From a virus, in the IMG/VR virus record IMGVR_UViG_3300020159_001918, positions 8,201 to 72,200 of that record: DNA of 64,000 nt. One strand, 5' to 3'. The translations under genes were made by a program, and so were the position numbers. The notes beneath the pieces were generated by a model. The model made no database searches. It was not told the DNA's origin and was given only the letters and a program-made list of their open reading frames with translations. Each line of letters begins with the position of its first letter. Positions within the stretch are counted from its first letter, which is position 1. Positions 13,601 to 21,457 of the stretch are shown here, piece after piece.

Positions 13601-16062
13601 GGCCATTGTTTACGGCACTAAGCGATGGCCTATCAGGTCTAATGAACATGTTTAGAATGTCAATGCTTCAGATGGGATATGGTTTGTCTAATATAGACAA
13701 CTTCTCTAAGCAAGCAAATATTATGAATAAAGTATTAAACGATTCTATTTACTACTCATTAGGAAGACCTGGATCACTTCTAAGGGCCATTGACAATCCA
13801 TTCACTAGAGAGTATGGTGAACCAGTAGTTGAAGTACGTGAGCCATTCCAAAAAATACATTACTTAAGTTCATTTTCAACTATCATAGCCAATAATATAC
13901 AAGAAACTACAACCAACGTAGCAACTCAAGTAACCGCTGTATCTGAAGGAAAGTATCCAGTAACAGTAGCTTTGGATAAGAGCATTCCAGCAGAAAGACA
14001 GGTTGAAAAAACTGTAGAGACTGGTTTATTTTTTGACAATATAGCTGGCGAAGGTTTATTCGGAATTGCTCAACCGTTGTTCCATCCAATAGAATTTGCA
14101 AGAGGAGCAATAAAGTTATCTCAAGGTGCGCCAGATGAACTAATGGCAAGAAGAGTTGCTCTGGCTCATCTTAAGGAATCTTTAAAAGATATTTATTCTG
14201 GAGAGTTAATTGTAATAGGAAGTCCAGACATAAGACCTCATGACTTAGTTTATCTAGCTGACGTCTATGAAAGAATGTATGGAATTTTTGAAGTTGAACA
14301 AGTAGTTCATCACTTTACTCCAAATATGGGATTCATTACATCTATCACACCTAACGCTCTTGTAACAATAAATGATCCAGCTAGATGGTTTATGTCCAGT
14401 TGGATTCACTCTTGGATGTCAATTCAGAATATAAGAAATGATACAAGAAGTTTAATTAACTCAGTGCAAGCTGGAAGTACTGGAATCTTGTCTGGTGGAA
14501 ATATCTCCGTTGATGGAATGTCAGAGGCGCTAAGGTCACAAATGATGGGTGGCGTACAGTTTACTCATGGATCAAGCGCACTCATGTCTGACATAATGGC
14601 AAACTTTGCGGCCGAAGGATTAACAGATGCTCAATCTCAAATAGAGAATCAGATGAAACAAAACTCTGAAAATGGAATGAGCTTAACTGGAATTGCGGCA
14701 ACTTACTTGACTACCGTTGGTATAACTGCAACAGCTGGAGCGCTTCTTGGTGGCCCAATTGGTGCTGGAATTGGTGCTGGAATAGCATCTGATTTATTCT
14801 GGAAGGGCTGGAAGTGGGTAAGGGATAATGTGCTAGATCAGCACGGTTGCTATATATCTTACTTGAATAAAAATGGTCAACCAATGGACGCAAGTCTTGC
14901 AATAAATCAAGGAATGGTTGTTGGTAGATATCACACTAAGAGACTTCTTCCTGGCATTTTGGGAGTAAGAAGTAAAGTTAGAACCGTTGATGGAAACGCA
15001 TTTATCAGAAATGACGATTTGCTTAAGAGCTTAGGTTGGAAAGAAAAAGAAATAACTGACTTAGTAAGATATGTAAGTTATGAAAATGCACTTGTCAACG
15101 CTGAGGTATTAAAGTATTCTGGAACTGGTCCAGATAAAACTGGATTAAATCAATACTTTAAAGTAATATGCAAATTAAATAATGTTATAGATGGTGACGA
15201 GATAGAAGTAATAGATTTAATGAACCCAACTGGTCAACCATTTAAAGTTAGACTAGAAGGAATAATAGCTTCAAGTCTTGGCACTTTTCAAGCCTACACA
15301 AATACTTCTATACAAGCTGGGTATAAACCAGATGATCCAACGACTGCAATAAACGTTAATTCACCAGGTGGAAGAGCAGCAATTTTTGTAAGTGAAAGAC
15401 TCAGAGATAAGCCTTTTGTTATTAGAATTTCTCCAAATGATCAATCTTCAGTTTCTATTTATACAGAAGATGACTTGTCGCCTGGTTCAAGAATTAATAA
15501 TACAAATAGTTATTTTAAGGGTGTTAATTATGGAGACCAAGAAAGAGAAAAATCTTTAGGAACCGTATTTTACAGGATCCTCGATGAGGATAAAGAAACA
15601 AATATTTCTATAGTAAGATCTTTCTTTGTGCAAAATCTTGGCTTAAATATTATACAGAAAAAAGAAAAATTCAAAAAAAATCTTTATCAAGAATCAGTAT
15701 TTGGTCAAAAGTTTGATGAAATATATAACTCAATATATACTTCTGGTATGGAAAATCATTTTGAAATTACTGGAGAAACGGACCCATTATTAACTATAAC
15801 TAATGATGAAAGAAAATTGTTTAATGATTTAGTTAACTTTAAAATATTAGAAGTTCTTTATTCAAAAGCTTCAGAATGGCCATATATTTCTTGGGATGAG
15901 TACTATAATGACGGAGTACCAGCAACTCTTAACTGGGAACTAGTAACAAATAACTTAGCTCAAGTCTACACCGTAGACCTATTAAGAGAGAGAGCATCTA
16001 CTGGCGGCTTAGATAGATCTATACCAATGCCTAGTCTTGTTGAACAAAAGGGTGGATTGTAA
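4654..16062 (+). CDS. Giant virion protein, 3802 aa (tape-measure or ejection-protein-like)
   Basis: Single uninterrupted ORF of 11.4 kb. Two glycine-zipper-like hydrophobic segments lie at nt ~10252-10410 and ~14683-14820. A degenerate SNase/OB-like segment lies near the C-terminus (VIDGDEIEV...KVRLEGIIASS). It sits directly upstream of the lysin and baseplate genes. It contains no in-frame CGG. Confidence 0.85.
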   Translation: MTINQQAFDYIKEQFTTKQQADDYVLEIQQITLNANSEILPGPALFKLATIIPGFEGTIGVWAGIRLPWGIKIAPPDFNDIAWRNAAIRALKRQGTRTGENPVDYIVNEILKEFDKKIPTKNIDLTDVAYAKAFEAWYSAPYSKVDSCWHYMESATIMASFIAQRVKDFNIGSDNSADTPQTPEDVQEPPAVEEDLLGPSVERAAVLEEFIQRGAAIIGFDNHDNSYSSISQYYENLVRKNNASFVYDRAFQDNYVNQFIAVASPTMDIIKLNDTYQKSLFYKIEASGLFDLLSYIDAMQAYGRIRLSTLERVKGSAGAANVLDGVRDTGWLQQLTVVLQRLSRDPVTLATIYRYFPELINFFFAALAATADYSNDGKGGGSEDKLNQGQAVLDDLMAALGQEKGQTIFTGAWDLINTGQRIEKAIAEFPFRQNIPPSSPDIFHLRLGASNFYVPPIGIDVQTQFKTSSMGEGALRQKNSPKFNSGYKHTTISMQLFFPNYEEIWGISIEDASKISLKDNFTIDFSGNGDNEEKIDKFLSSLRGLVAAFKYAPFLPIRNHYVNSVYGITGVALQGMSISTIPSYPFALVVTLNLYNFNHKPFLPMLNDFNQAIHWGKFRQYMGKAAGALHNYINEEFLMFGREGLINATKDAMVSVAEAMLDTDRDGDVTQDDLRGMQAASDRLSAQAGISPSKIVNDALLGYKNEVFTTNVVREWTNGSNLSFYMPAETQTKIFTPDVSGFQSAEEKGLSETGRSFWNQMLANFGIDINESAGYHRELDSVITTSTGNVVEFTVSQKILQSIDILTAGRNTTDFQKKAYDFIITSFIFQNQLQLDSDRKAYLRDFDRIENAYEDVQRYVFGAIVFKDETLSQIKSFFKSKALSTSSYLDFMVDEYLEKRAINVGKTNDADWKKQERSLIKDQFAAGYSAMVYERFFKAGPIRDLMEAARERNGSFHIREWEVPMIRVDIDPANAIVTDVSISMSNNIIPLQVQMQDEPTYQHIGGGDSYINISMKVFGEKELIKLRKIFDHINGLARLENAAGVMGFLGIKNIITALAGVKYVLPLSFNVSTIPNFPHVYDVSLRLVDFDIFQQKREQLSSDQQRKMIEEFGTKKNPFLRMKQLWGSFNSYPDFPLEIRNKDSEVVGCLDPDFYFRSFEMFDRDVIHSVTDNKGKLSRLDTFNVDPSQEVTVVTQYGSTSYKGSAIIAKFREYILNDQLDELKAYSRGTLGLKASETASYILQVLKDVDQPYDKFLLDYVDSLDEGEFDTKDLADSSWRISSGQLRGGDLSSSNEEARAKLQAALSGNQEKDGFAEDAYVSFDPDELDGHAIINTFPAAAGAFDTKIPSMIHTADGYQFGYIDKKNGRFYLTVDDVAVKKDSSVEYVGITDTQTPDVGTTKSLTGVPGAKALSEYQYSYSSGDEGKPETMKSNGNSKSVTDHWEKMMIDTQYRDISGRMIRAFPTYMLWLIDEKNFAGTKLFDNFYGLQSIIDFSVVSSEDILGDTLVFRASNMYAKLSTKEATTIFSGNGETDAKPGVDKISLTSGLEQVIDRTLNFARNQLGHMESQYIVDIENIRLKPGVRVHLRVGYGANPNSLHTIFNGVITEVELGEIVTVTCQSDAIELSPVVNSVDKKGSSGHIDGGLNTGLYLSEPRDLMVRLLSMGTSRTREAFAHATKGTVFSENKFGIKHFGMMLYEPLTDEERNKNSGIRNAASDAFLAVGQGSGITGGAGTVAGVLNPFGDNSNGTGIGGSPFGIDVRLPMVGIMRTMWSNFASQPDLELFKRNIYPGNGTGVAQFLGGDLGDGWSNAASLTPEDMPNPRLEYLNRLTDSSWNNLLQRYDGGSENASAAIDNLTQGMEARASGGTATAVLGGGLLAAGAALAIGTGGIALPFIGGAMAVGGGASLLGSLTGRGGVNIWKTFGLVSDLDDDMPGFDEVSFRAQTYMKSVWDLFQMCARLLPNYIVAVRPFEDRSTVFYGKPHWLYTSAVVPITTGFPSEKRAVELGLKTPSYRSPDSELMDLLTKVNKQSNSTADYEAMRQAQNPSISISEIVRQQSSYSDIYAPAGILRGKVINFLDPFRTAYYGNNKTTKEQLFNDIISVIPKNKGYVTVGFHLPIDSSGQASELDIEKIKGIHKEIPQMPLRFSFPFFTDRVAGAVLLDYAFYALSSNKSGEGDDRLKTGTIHDGDKDFEKLGHDTLYTTLIDTEAGLLAGSLTDNREGGSEDEFVINLAGVSFTAAVNPINTFGNDKFIFDLNTSGVAGSKSLIRMPLPSLKEQTRGLNSLEGSWEYEYINQNRITSGSPFSYRDWGSPVSALDEQFYIAMRWPYEITEDKDDEIFKKFKDKYFSDRDVNQFYGKPKDYKNRKVLVYSPTTRTAVVCKPAYFLWGTDKADLINGSLAANDNTDSENRTDDNFINFKSDSFKEVDLAAVVSPDAAYYLGVMHLTENEKEYFGSENDKTGNDNNHANASAQALAKAGLAPVPMPRDCYFTFVDDSVPVGVVTTIYNPANEFNYNGETHVDMDYYIGFGAFSAEGDGKLIAEKANKSGMQKLGISGTADNLERQLELLNERPTAFTNTQWQEYIPVSGITLLDQGHFAEAAARGGNILAGKEQENSYFDYILKAEYSALEREKLYEVLDGELKTTGDEDSGAGRERFAPVYDPAAPESIKAREFFDEGFSPATHVIAGNGRNLSQANDIWDQFRFGYHNEISIKKIFFDAFGMDPDDTTPLPDFLVAILRDPKANPDIFKLFSANGPDSTAVDEFSLLLGSDFIANPNQRTGKPSGTADSMERQIETGVASSVSSDTVKQAIEFARKNLVDAPLDEGGLVRYFDALTKTKYKKLGLFLQSQSNLSLILGADVGGGQPKADDIIKDNFTPKQVFLLIVGMFRQAMWQDAYARAWLVLKPNRQYTSDDMWDFSPVHKIFAAFIDPNQDYASNKRKFLKLLADNKGEGNSAGNVVGVLTHNIDKFWDQNIGPLFTALSDGLSGLMNMFRMSMLQMGYGLSNIDNFSKQANIMNKVLNDSIYYSLGRPGSLLRAIDNPFTREYGEPVVEVREPFQKIHYLSSFSTIIANNIQETTTNVATQVTAVSEGKYPVTVALDKSIPAERQVEKTVETGLFFDNIAGEGLFGIAQPLFHPIEFARGAIKLSQGAPDELMARRVALAHLKESLKDIYSGELIVIGSPDIRPHDLVYLADVYERMYGIFEVEQVVHHFTPNMGFITSITPNALVTINDPARWFMSSWIHSWMSIQNIRNDTRSLINSVQAGSTGILSGGNISVDGMSEALRSQMMGGVQFTHGSSALMSDIMANFAAEGLTDAQSQIENQMKQNSENGMSLTGIAATYLTTVGITATAGALLGGPIGAGIGAGIASDLFWKGWKWVRDNVLDQHGCYISYLNKNGQPMDASLAINQGMVVGRYHTKRLLPGILGVRSKVRTVDGNAFIRNDDLLKSLGWKEKEITDLVRYVSYENALVNAEVLKYSGTGPDKTGLNQYFKVICKLNNVIDGDEIEVIDLMNPTGQPFKVRLEGIIASSLGTFQAYTNTSIQAGYKPDDPTTAINVNSPGGRAAIFVSERLRDKPFVIRISPNDQSSVSIYTEDDLSPGSRINNTNSYFKGVNYGDQEREKSLGTVFYRILDEDKETNISIVRSFFVQNLGLNIIQKKEKFKKNLYQESVFGQKFDEIYNSIYTSGMENHFEITGETDPLLTITNDERKLFNDLVNFKILEVLYSKASEWPYISWDEYYNDGVPATLNWELVTNNLAQVYTVDLLRERASTGGLDRSIPMPSLVEQKGGL

Positions 16063-16064
16063 TA

Positions 16065-18819
16065 ATGTCTGATTTTAATTTTAATCTAAATGACTTTAAT
16101 GATTCTGCTGCTTTTATATCAAAGTTGTCGGAAGGCTATAATCCCGATGGAGCGAATAGCTTACATACTTCAGCTTCAAAAGAAAAGTACGCAAATCAGA
16201 CATTAACATCTAGAAATTTAACAGACATAATGGCTGGACGGAGCATTAACTAGAAATCCTGCAGCATTAGCAGACGCATCGTCTAGGTTCGTTAGATCAT
16301 CCCTTCATTCCATTCTTGCAACGGGAATTCAGTCTGGTGATGCATTCCAGATAGCTAATCCAGATTATCAAGGACCGGGAGATGTTGATGTATTAAAAGG
16401 TGACCAAGCATACTTGAAAGTAGTTTCTCAGTCTTTAGTTGGAACTGGTTTTGCACCAACGTCAGTTCTAAACCCTTTACTAGAATCAACAAATGGAAAA
16501 TGGCCAGGAAATGATAAGTCTAAAGTTGGAGATTCCACTGGAGCACTATTCACACACAATAGCACCGCCTATACAATAGATAGTGAAGCTCCAGGCTTAG
16601 GAGAAAGAGCTATTGCAGCAGAAGAAGAATTAAGTGAAGAAGAGAAGCAAATTTATATAGACAGAGGAACATTACTTAAGCAATCTATTAATGAGCCAGC
16701 TTTAACAATTGGGTTTGATTTTGACATACCAGATGTTCTATCTTCCTATTCTTTCGTGCAAACAAATTCATATTATAATGTTGACTCAACTGAGTTATCG
16801 GTTGAATCATCGTTAATAAGTTCTCCTAAGAAAAAAGCATTTATTAGCGCTTCTCTAATAGAATGTTTATTAATGATGACAGATGTAAATAAAGGCGTTA
16901 AAATAAATGGAACATTTGCTCTTAATAGAGCAGTGTTGTCAGAAAGCGATAAGACGAGTAGGCATTCAAATCCAGAAAGTGGAATTGACAAAAATAATAA
17001 GAACTCTATTTCTGATCATGTTTTTGGAAGAGCATTTGATATTAGATCAGTTGGTGACTATGGCGTGATAAGAGGTAAAGAGAGATACGCAGTTGCCTTA
17101 GATATTGTTTTGCAAAAGTTAAACACAATGCCACAACCCCTAATGCCAGATCTTATAGTAATTGATCCAGACGTTGCAAAGGATAAGGGAATTGGAGAAG
17201 GTTATGAATCAGCTGACACCGCAATTAAAACACAATATCCAAATCTAAAATATGTTAACTTTGAATTTGGTCCAGAACACACAGAAAATATACACATTAG
17301 TTTTAGTCCACAAAGAGGTGGTAAATATATTGGTTCTGGTGGCTGGACAACCTCTGATGCTTCAGCTCAAAAGTTTGATGAAAATGGAAACCCAGTAGAT
17401 GATTCAGCAAGTGGGGCATCAGCAAAAGAAAAAGCCTATAAAAATTACAAAAATGGTGGTCCACCAATAACTCCTTACGAGCTATTCATAATGCTTTCTC
17501 AAGAAGGTCCATTCTCTGACGAGGCAGCAGCAATTTTTTGTGCTGTAGCAGGACGAGAGAGTGGAGCTAGCCCAGCGGGTTATAACGGCAAATGCTTTGA
17601 TAATAAAACAAGTTGGGGTGGTGACGTTTCAGTTGGAATGTTTCAATACAATTTAATTTCTTTGATAAAAAGATCAACTAACGCATCAAACGACGTACCA
17701 ATTTATTACGATGGTTCCGCTGCAACAAAACAATTAGTTAAAGCTCACAGGTTGATGTACTCTGCTAGTGAAGCTTCTTCTTGGGATCCCAATGCAGTAG
17801 CAAAAAAATTAGTAGAGATTTACAGCGCAACCACCAATAAAGAAGCGTCAAAGTCTACCACCGATGATAGGTTGTGGTTTCCAATTAATCAAGTGTGGAT
17901 GCTAATGGACAAGTGGGGTAGAGCAGATTTCAAAAACGTAAATAAGATAGATGCATCTAATGGTTTTTATCATTGGGGAGATTATGATAACTCAAATAAA
18001 ACACCAAGATCTGATTGTGGATTTATATTTGAAGTAAAATTCCAAAACGCTGTTAATGTATATCTAACAACGGGAAAACCTATAACAACTTTAGAAGATT
18101 GGGTTAGAACAAACTTTAAAAAGCACAATAAAAGAACAATAAATTACATAGAACAATGGATGCAGGGCACTGTATTCTACGATCACCCTAAAGATGGTTC
18201 GTTGATAAATGAAGGAGCCAGTGGAGTTATCACCTATAACGTTGAAGTAGTTGAAAAACAAGGTGCTGATGGAGATGGGTCTCCCGCATCATTTACTAAG
18301 AATCAAATCGAAGAAGCTGCAGACTGGATTAGTACTAATAAAATTCCTCAATGGTTGACTAAGTACCGTCCAGATCTTTTGGATCCCCCTAATTTTGGCT
18401 GTGATAGATTTGCCAGAGTTCTCTCAGCGGCTTTAGGGTTATTTGGTACAGCCCAAACTGCACTGTTTACAGATGAATGGACAACCGCCGGCAACGCACC
18501 TGAGTACACTGTGCCTACACCTAGTCTTAGCTCATTCCCAACAGCAGGAGAACACCTGTCTAATCTTATATCTAGCTCCTCATTCTATGGACCAAACACC
18601 GAATTTGGAAAGAACCCACCAGCTGGTTATTTGGTATTCTGGGAGGGTGGAGCCGATGGCTATGGCCACGTAGGGATTTCGATAGGAAATGGTCAGTACG
18701 TTGACCAGCACGATGAGAGTCAAGGTTCGGAAAGAATAAGACCAAGAAATATAAATTCAACAACCTTCCCAGGAAGTAAGTATACCTATGCTGGAACATC
18801 ATCTGCGTGGAGCGCATAA
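16065..18819 (+). CDS. Virion-associated multi-domain peptidoglycan hydrolase (~917 aa): M15/VanY-like peptidase, SLT-like lytic transglycosylase and C-terminal CHAP/NlpC-P60-like domain. Requires a +1 shift at CGG 16239.
   Basis: SDHVFGRAFD matches the SxHxxGxAxD signature of LAS/M15 peptidases. RESGASPAGYN...VGMFQYN resembles the SLT E-S...GLMQ motif. The C-terminal GCDRF...GYGHVGISIGNGQYVDQHD resembles a Cys/His amidase. Track ORFs 16065..16253 and 16414..18819 are joined by a frame that is open from 16231. Confidence 0.7.
16239..16242 (+). other. CGG +1 recoding site 4 (GGA CGG AGC -> GGA [C] GGA GCA)
   Basis: In-frame CGG (16065+174). The 0-frame TAG comes 4 codons later. The +1 frame reads GALTRNPAALADASSRFVRSS... 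into the 801-aa track ORF, whose listed TTG start lies inside open frame. Confidence 0.7.
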
Positions 18820-18830
18820 GGAGATAACAT

Positions 18831-19193
18831 ATGAAACAGTATCCAAAGTTTGATGAAAAATTAAATTCACACATTAGCAATAATCAGCTTCAGCAATCTA
18901 AAACAAGATCTGGAACTATTATGTCTTATAATAAAATGACCAATACAGCTGTAATTATCCTAGACGATAGGATGACAAATCAAGTTGGCAACATATTAAG
19001 AAGCGTTCCATGTCCATCTACCCTTGGCGTACAAAGCGTTGCACCAACAGCCGGCACAAGATGTATAGTTGGTTTTGCTGATGCCAATGAAAGATTTCCG
19101 CATATAGTATCATATATAGACGATACAAATAGCGTAGGAAGATATATGCCCAACTACAGTGTAGACACTGGTGTACCAAAGTTTATGGTTTAA
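18831..19193 (+). CDS. Baseplate hub/spike protein, gpV-like OB fold (tentative)
   Basis: Its 120-aa size and its position next to the gp25/gpJ-like genes fit gpV. The pattern GTIMSY...AVIILDD...VPCPS...PTAGTRCIVGFADANERFPHIVSYI resembles P2 gpV / Mu gp45-type proteins. Confidence 0.35.
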   Translation: MKQYPKFDEKLNSHISNNQLQQSKTRSGTIMSYNKMTNTAVIILDDRMTNQVGNILRSVPCPSTLGVQSVAPTAGTRCIVGFADANERFPHIVSYIDDTNSVGRYMPNYSVDTGVPKFMV

Positions 19194-19194
19194 A

Positions 19195-19899
19195 ATGTCA
19201 GAAAAAATTCATGCACAAAAGTCTTTCGAATCAGTAGCTGGCAAGACCGCTTCTGAGTTAGATGAATTAAGTAGGAGAAAAAACTTTTCCCAAAGAGAAG
19301 TAGGACTTACTCATCCGGATAATTCATCTTTTATAAGACTAACGGATTCTGGTGATATAGAAATATTTTCAGCGCCTGGAGTAGGTATAGTCATAAATGG
19401 ATCAACAAAAACCATTTCTCTTTTTGCGGATAATATTAAGTTTTTTACAAAAGAAGATGGTTTAAAATGGAACTCTATGGAGTTTAATCATTCGGCAACT
19501 GTGTTTTCCGAGCCAGCATTTGTCAGCGCAAATGATAAATCTTATAATCCAGCTTTTTTAAATATGGATCATTACATAAAGAATTTAGATTTAATAGACC
19601 AAGAAGATTCACAACAGACAGTTACTATTCACGGCAGCTACGCCTATAGGGAGACTACTAACACTGATGTTGTCTCAGTGGATGTATTGGAAAATTCTTC
19701 ATTAGATAATGATTTTACAAAAGAAGATATTATTAAATTAGATTCTTTTTGGGATAGGAACTCTTCTGCGTTGTTTAATGCAGAGAGTATGTCAAAGGCT
19801 AATTTAATAAATAGAATAAGAGACCTAATGTCTAATGGGCGTTCGATAAACCAGGCGTTAGATATTGTTAAAGAAAGCATAGGAGACAATAATGTCTGA
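19195..19899 (+). CDS. Hypothetical baseplate-module protein (234 aa)
   Basis: ATG 19195 (TAAAATG) is a better start than the track's GTG 19171, which overlaps the upstream gene. No family recognised. Confidence 0.5.
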   Translation: MSEKIHAQKSFESVAGKTASELDELSRRKNFSQREVGLTHPDNSSFIRLTDSGDIEIFSAPGVGIVINGSTKTISLFADNIKFFTKEDGLKWNSMEFNHSATVFSEPAFVSANDKSYNPAFLNMDHYIKNLDLIDQEDSQQTVTIHGSYAYRETTNTDVVSVDVLENSSLDNDFTKEDIIKLDSFWDRNSSALFNAESMSKANLINRIRDLMSNGRSINQALDIVKESIGDNNV

Positions 19900-20272
19900 T
19901 TTTTACATCAGCCTTAGTGGTGATTTAGTGGTAAATGGATCTGGAGATTTGGGCTTAGTCCAATCTATGTCAGAAAAAGATATACAGCATGTATACATGA
20001 GGTTAATGACTGAGCCAGGTGACTTCTTCATCTACCCTCAACTGGGGACTCAACTGTCGATGCTATATGGAATGCCTCAAAACCCTCAAACTGGTGACTT
20101 CGGTAAAAGATTAATTCGTGCAGCCCTAGAAAGAGAAGGGGTTTTTAAAAACAGACAAATTACTATTGAAGCAGTACCGGTTTCCGCAGACTCCATTAGG
20201 TTTGATGTTTATTTAATGGGTGACTTAAATGAACCTACGATATTGTCCATAACGCAAGACTTAGGAGCCTAA
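19892..20272 (+). CDS. Baseplate wedge protein, gp25/GpW-like
   Basis: 126 aa. The segment RLMTEPGDFFIYPQLGTQLSMLYGMP...IRAALERE...I matches the gp25/GpW pattern (L.T..GER...P.fG..l). It lies immediately upstream of the gpJ-like gene. Confidence 0.5.
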   Translation: MSDFYISLSGDLVVNGSGDLGLVQSMSEKDIQHVYMRLMTEPGDFFIYPQLGTQLSMLYGMPQNPQTGDFGKRLIRAALEREGVFKNRQITIEAVPVSADSIRFDVYLMGDLNEPTILSITQDLGA

Positions 20273-20273
20273 A

Positions 20274-21434
20274 GTGGTATCAGTTAACATAAAGAGTAAA
20301 GAGCAAATGCTGGTAGCTACTCTTAACGCCCTGCAAAAAAACGCAGGAATCAGTGCCATCTCTCCTGGATCAATAGCTAGAGCTTTTGCGGAAGCAATTC
20401 ATTCTGAAATTAGCGATCTTTATAACTCCTTAAAGGTGAGCATAGAGCAGTCTAATCTTTCAACGGCTTCAGGAATCAACCTAGATATGATAGGCACCCT
20501 ATATAACGTGCAGCGTAGAACGATATCATCTGAACTAGTCCCAGAAAGAGTTACTGGAAATATAGAATTTTATTTAAATACAACTCACAGTTCAACCGTA
20601 ACCATTCCAAAGGGAACGCTCGTATATAATGATACGACAGCATTTTCTTCAACCCAATATCAGTATGAGCTAAATTCAGATATTGTTATAACAACTGGCA
20701 ACACAAGGGCCTATGGGTCAGTTAAGGCAAAATTTGCAGACAACAATGTAACTGCAGCTAGAAATACCTTGGTAAAACATAATTTCATATCACCTCCGGG
20801 TATCGTAGTGTACTGTAATAATCCGAAGGAAGTTTATAGTAGTCTTAACTCTGAATCTGACGATAACTATAGAAGAAGAATAGTTTCAGGAATTAGAGGT
20901 TCCTCTTCAGGTACCGCAGAATCCGTTAGGTTTGCAGCCTTGTCAGTTAAAGGTGTAAGGGATGTAAAAATAAGAGAAGCTTCTCTTGGTGTTGGTACTT
21001 GCGATATAGTTGTTATACCAGAAACTCAAGCTGGAATAAGTATAATGAGTCAGTTGGTTTACGAAAAAATTAAAGCAGTTAAACCAGTTGGTATTAATAT
21101 GAATCTTAGAATAGCTACTAAAAAATTAGTAGATGTTTCAGCTACCTTGACCCTAAGAGAGGGAACAGCGGGAGCAATTGCTAGAAGCGTAGAAAATCAA
21201 TCAAAGATTTTCTTAAATAGATATTTAAACAGTCTCACAATTGGTGACTCAGTTTCAATATCAGAAATAGAAAGACAGATGAAGCTTTCTTCAGAGCTAA
21301 TCATGTCTGTCACTGTTGGTAATATTAAGGTAGACAATAGAAATATACCCAATAAAGATTATAGACTATCTGATGATAAAAGTTACATGGCTGCTGGTAC
21401 GCTTAGCCTATTCTCTGTTATAATGGGAGCGTAA
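20274..21434 (+). CDS. Baseplate J-like protein
   Basis: 386 aa with a GTG start after AGGAG. It is syntenic with the gp25-like gene. LDMIGTLYNVQRR...TGNIEF resembles the gpJ/gp6 family N-terminal region. Confidence 0.45.
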   Translation: MVSVNIKSKEQMLVATLNALQKNAGISAISPGSIARAFAEAIHSEISDLYNSLKVSIEQSNLSTASGINLDMIGTLYNVQRRTISSELVPERVTGNIEFYLNTTHSSTVTIPKGTLVYNDTTAFSSTQYQYELNSDIVITTGNTRAYGSVKAKFADNNVTAARNTLVKHNFISPPGIVVYCNNPKEVYSSLNSESDDNYRRRIVSGIRGSSSGTAESVRFAALSVKGVRDVKIREASLGVGTCDIVVIPETQAGISIMSQLVYEKIKAVKPVGINMNLRIATKKLVDVSATLTLREGTAGAIARSVENQSKIFLNRYLNSLTIGDSVSISEIERQMKLSSELIMSVTVGNIKVDNRNIPNKDYRLSDDKSYMAAGTLSLFSVIMGA

Positions 21435-21457
21435 ACTAGTAGAAAAGGTGTAAATTA

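Noticed and set aside
15160-15440. Calling the C-terminal VIDGDEIEV...VRLEGIIASS segment of the giant protein an active nuclease domain
   Set aside because: The SNase calcium-binding and catalytic positions (D..., D/T-P-E) are replaced (IIASS). At most it is a degenerate SNase/OB-like fold.
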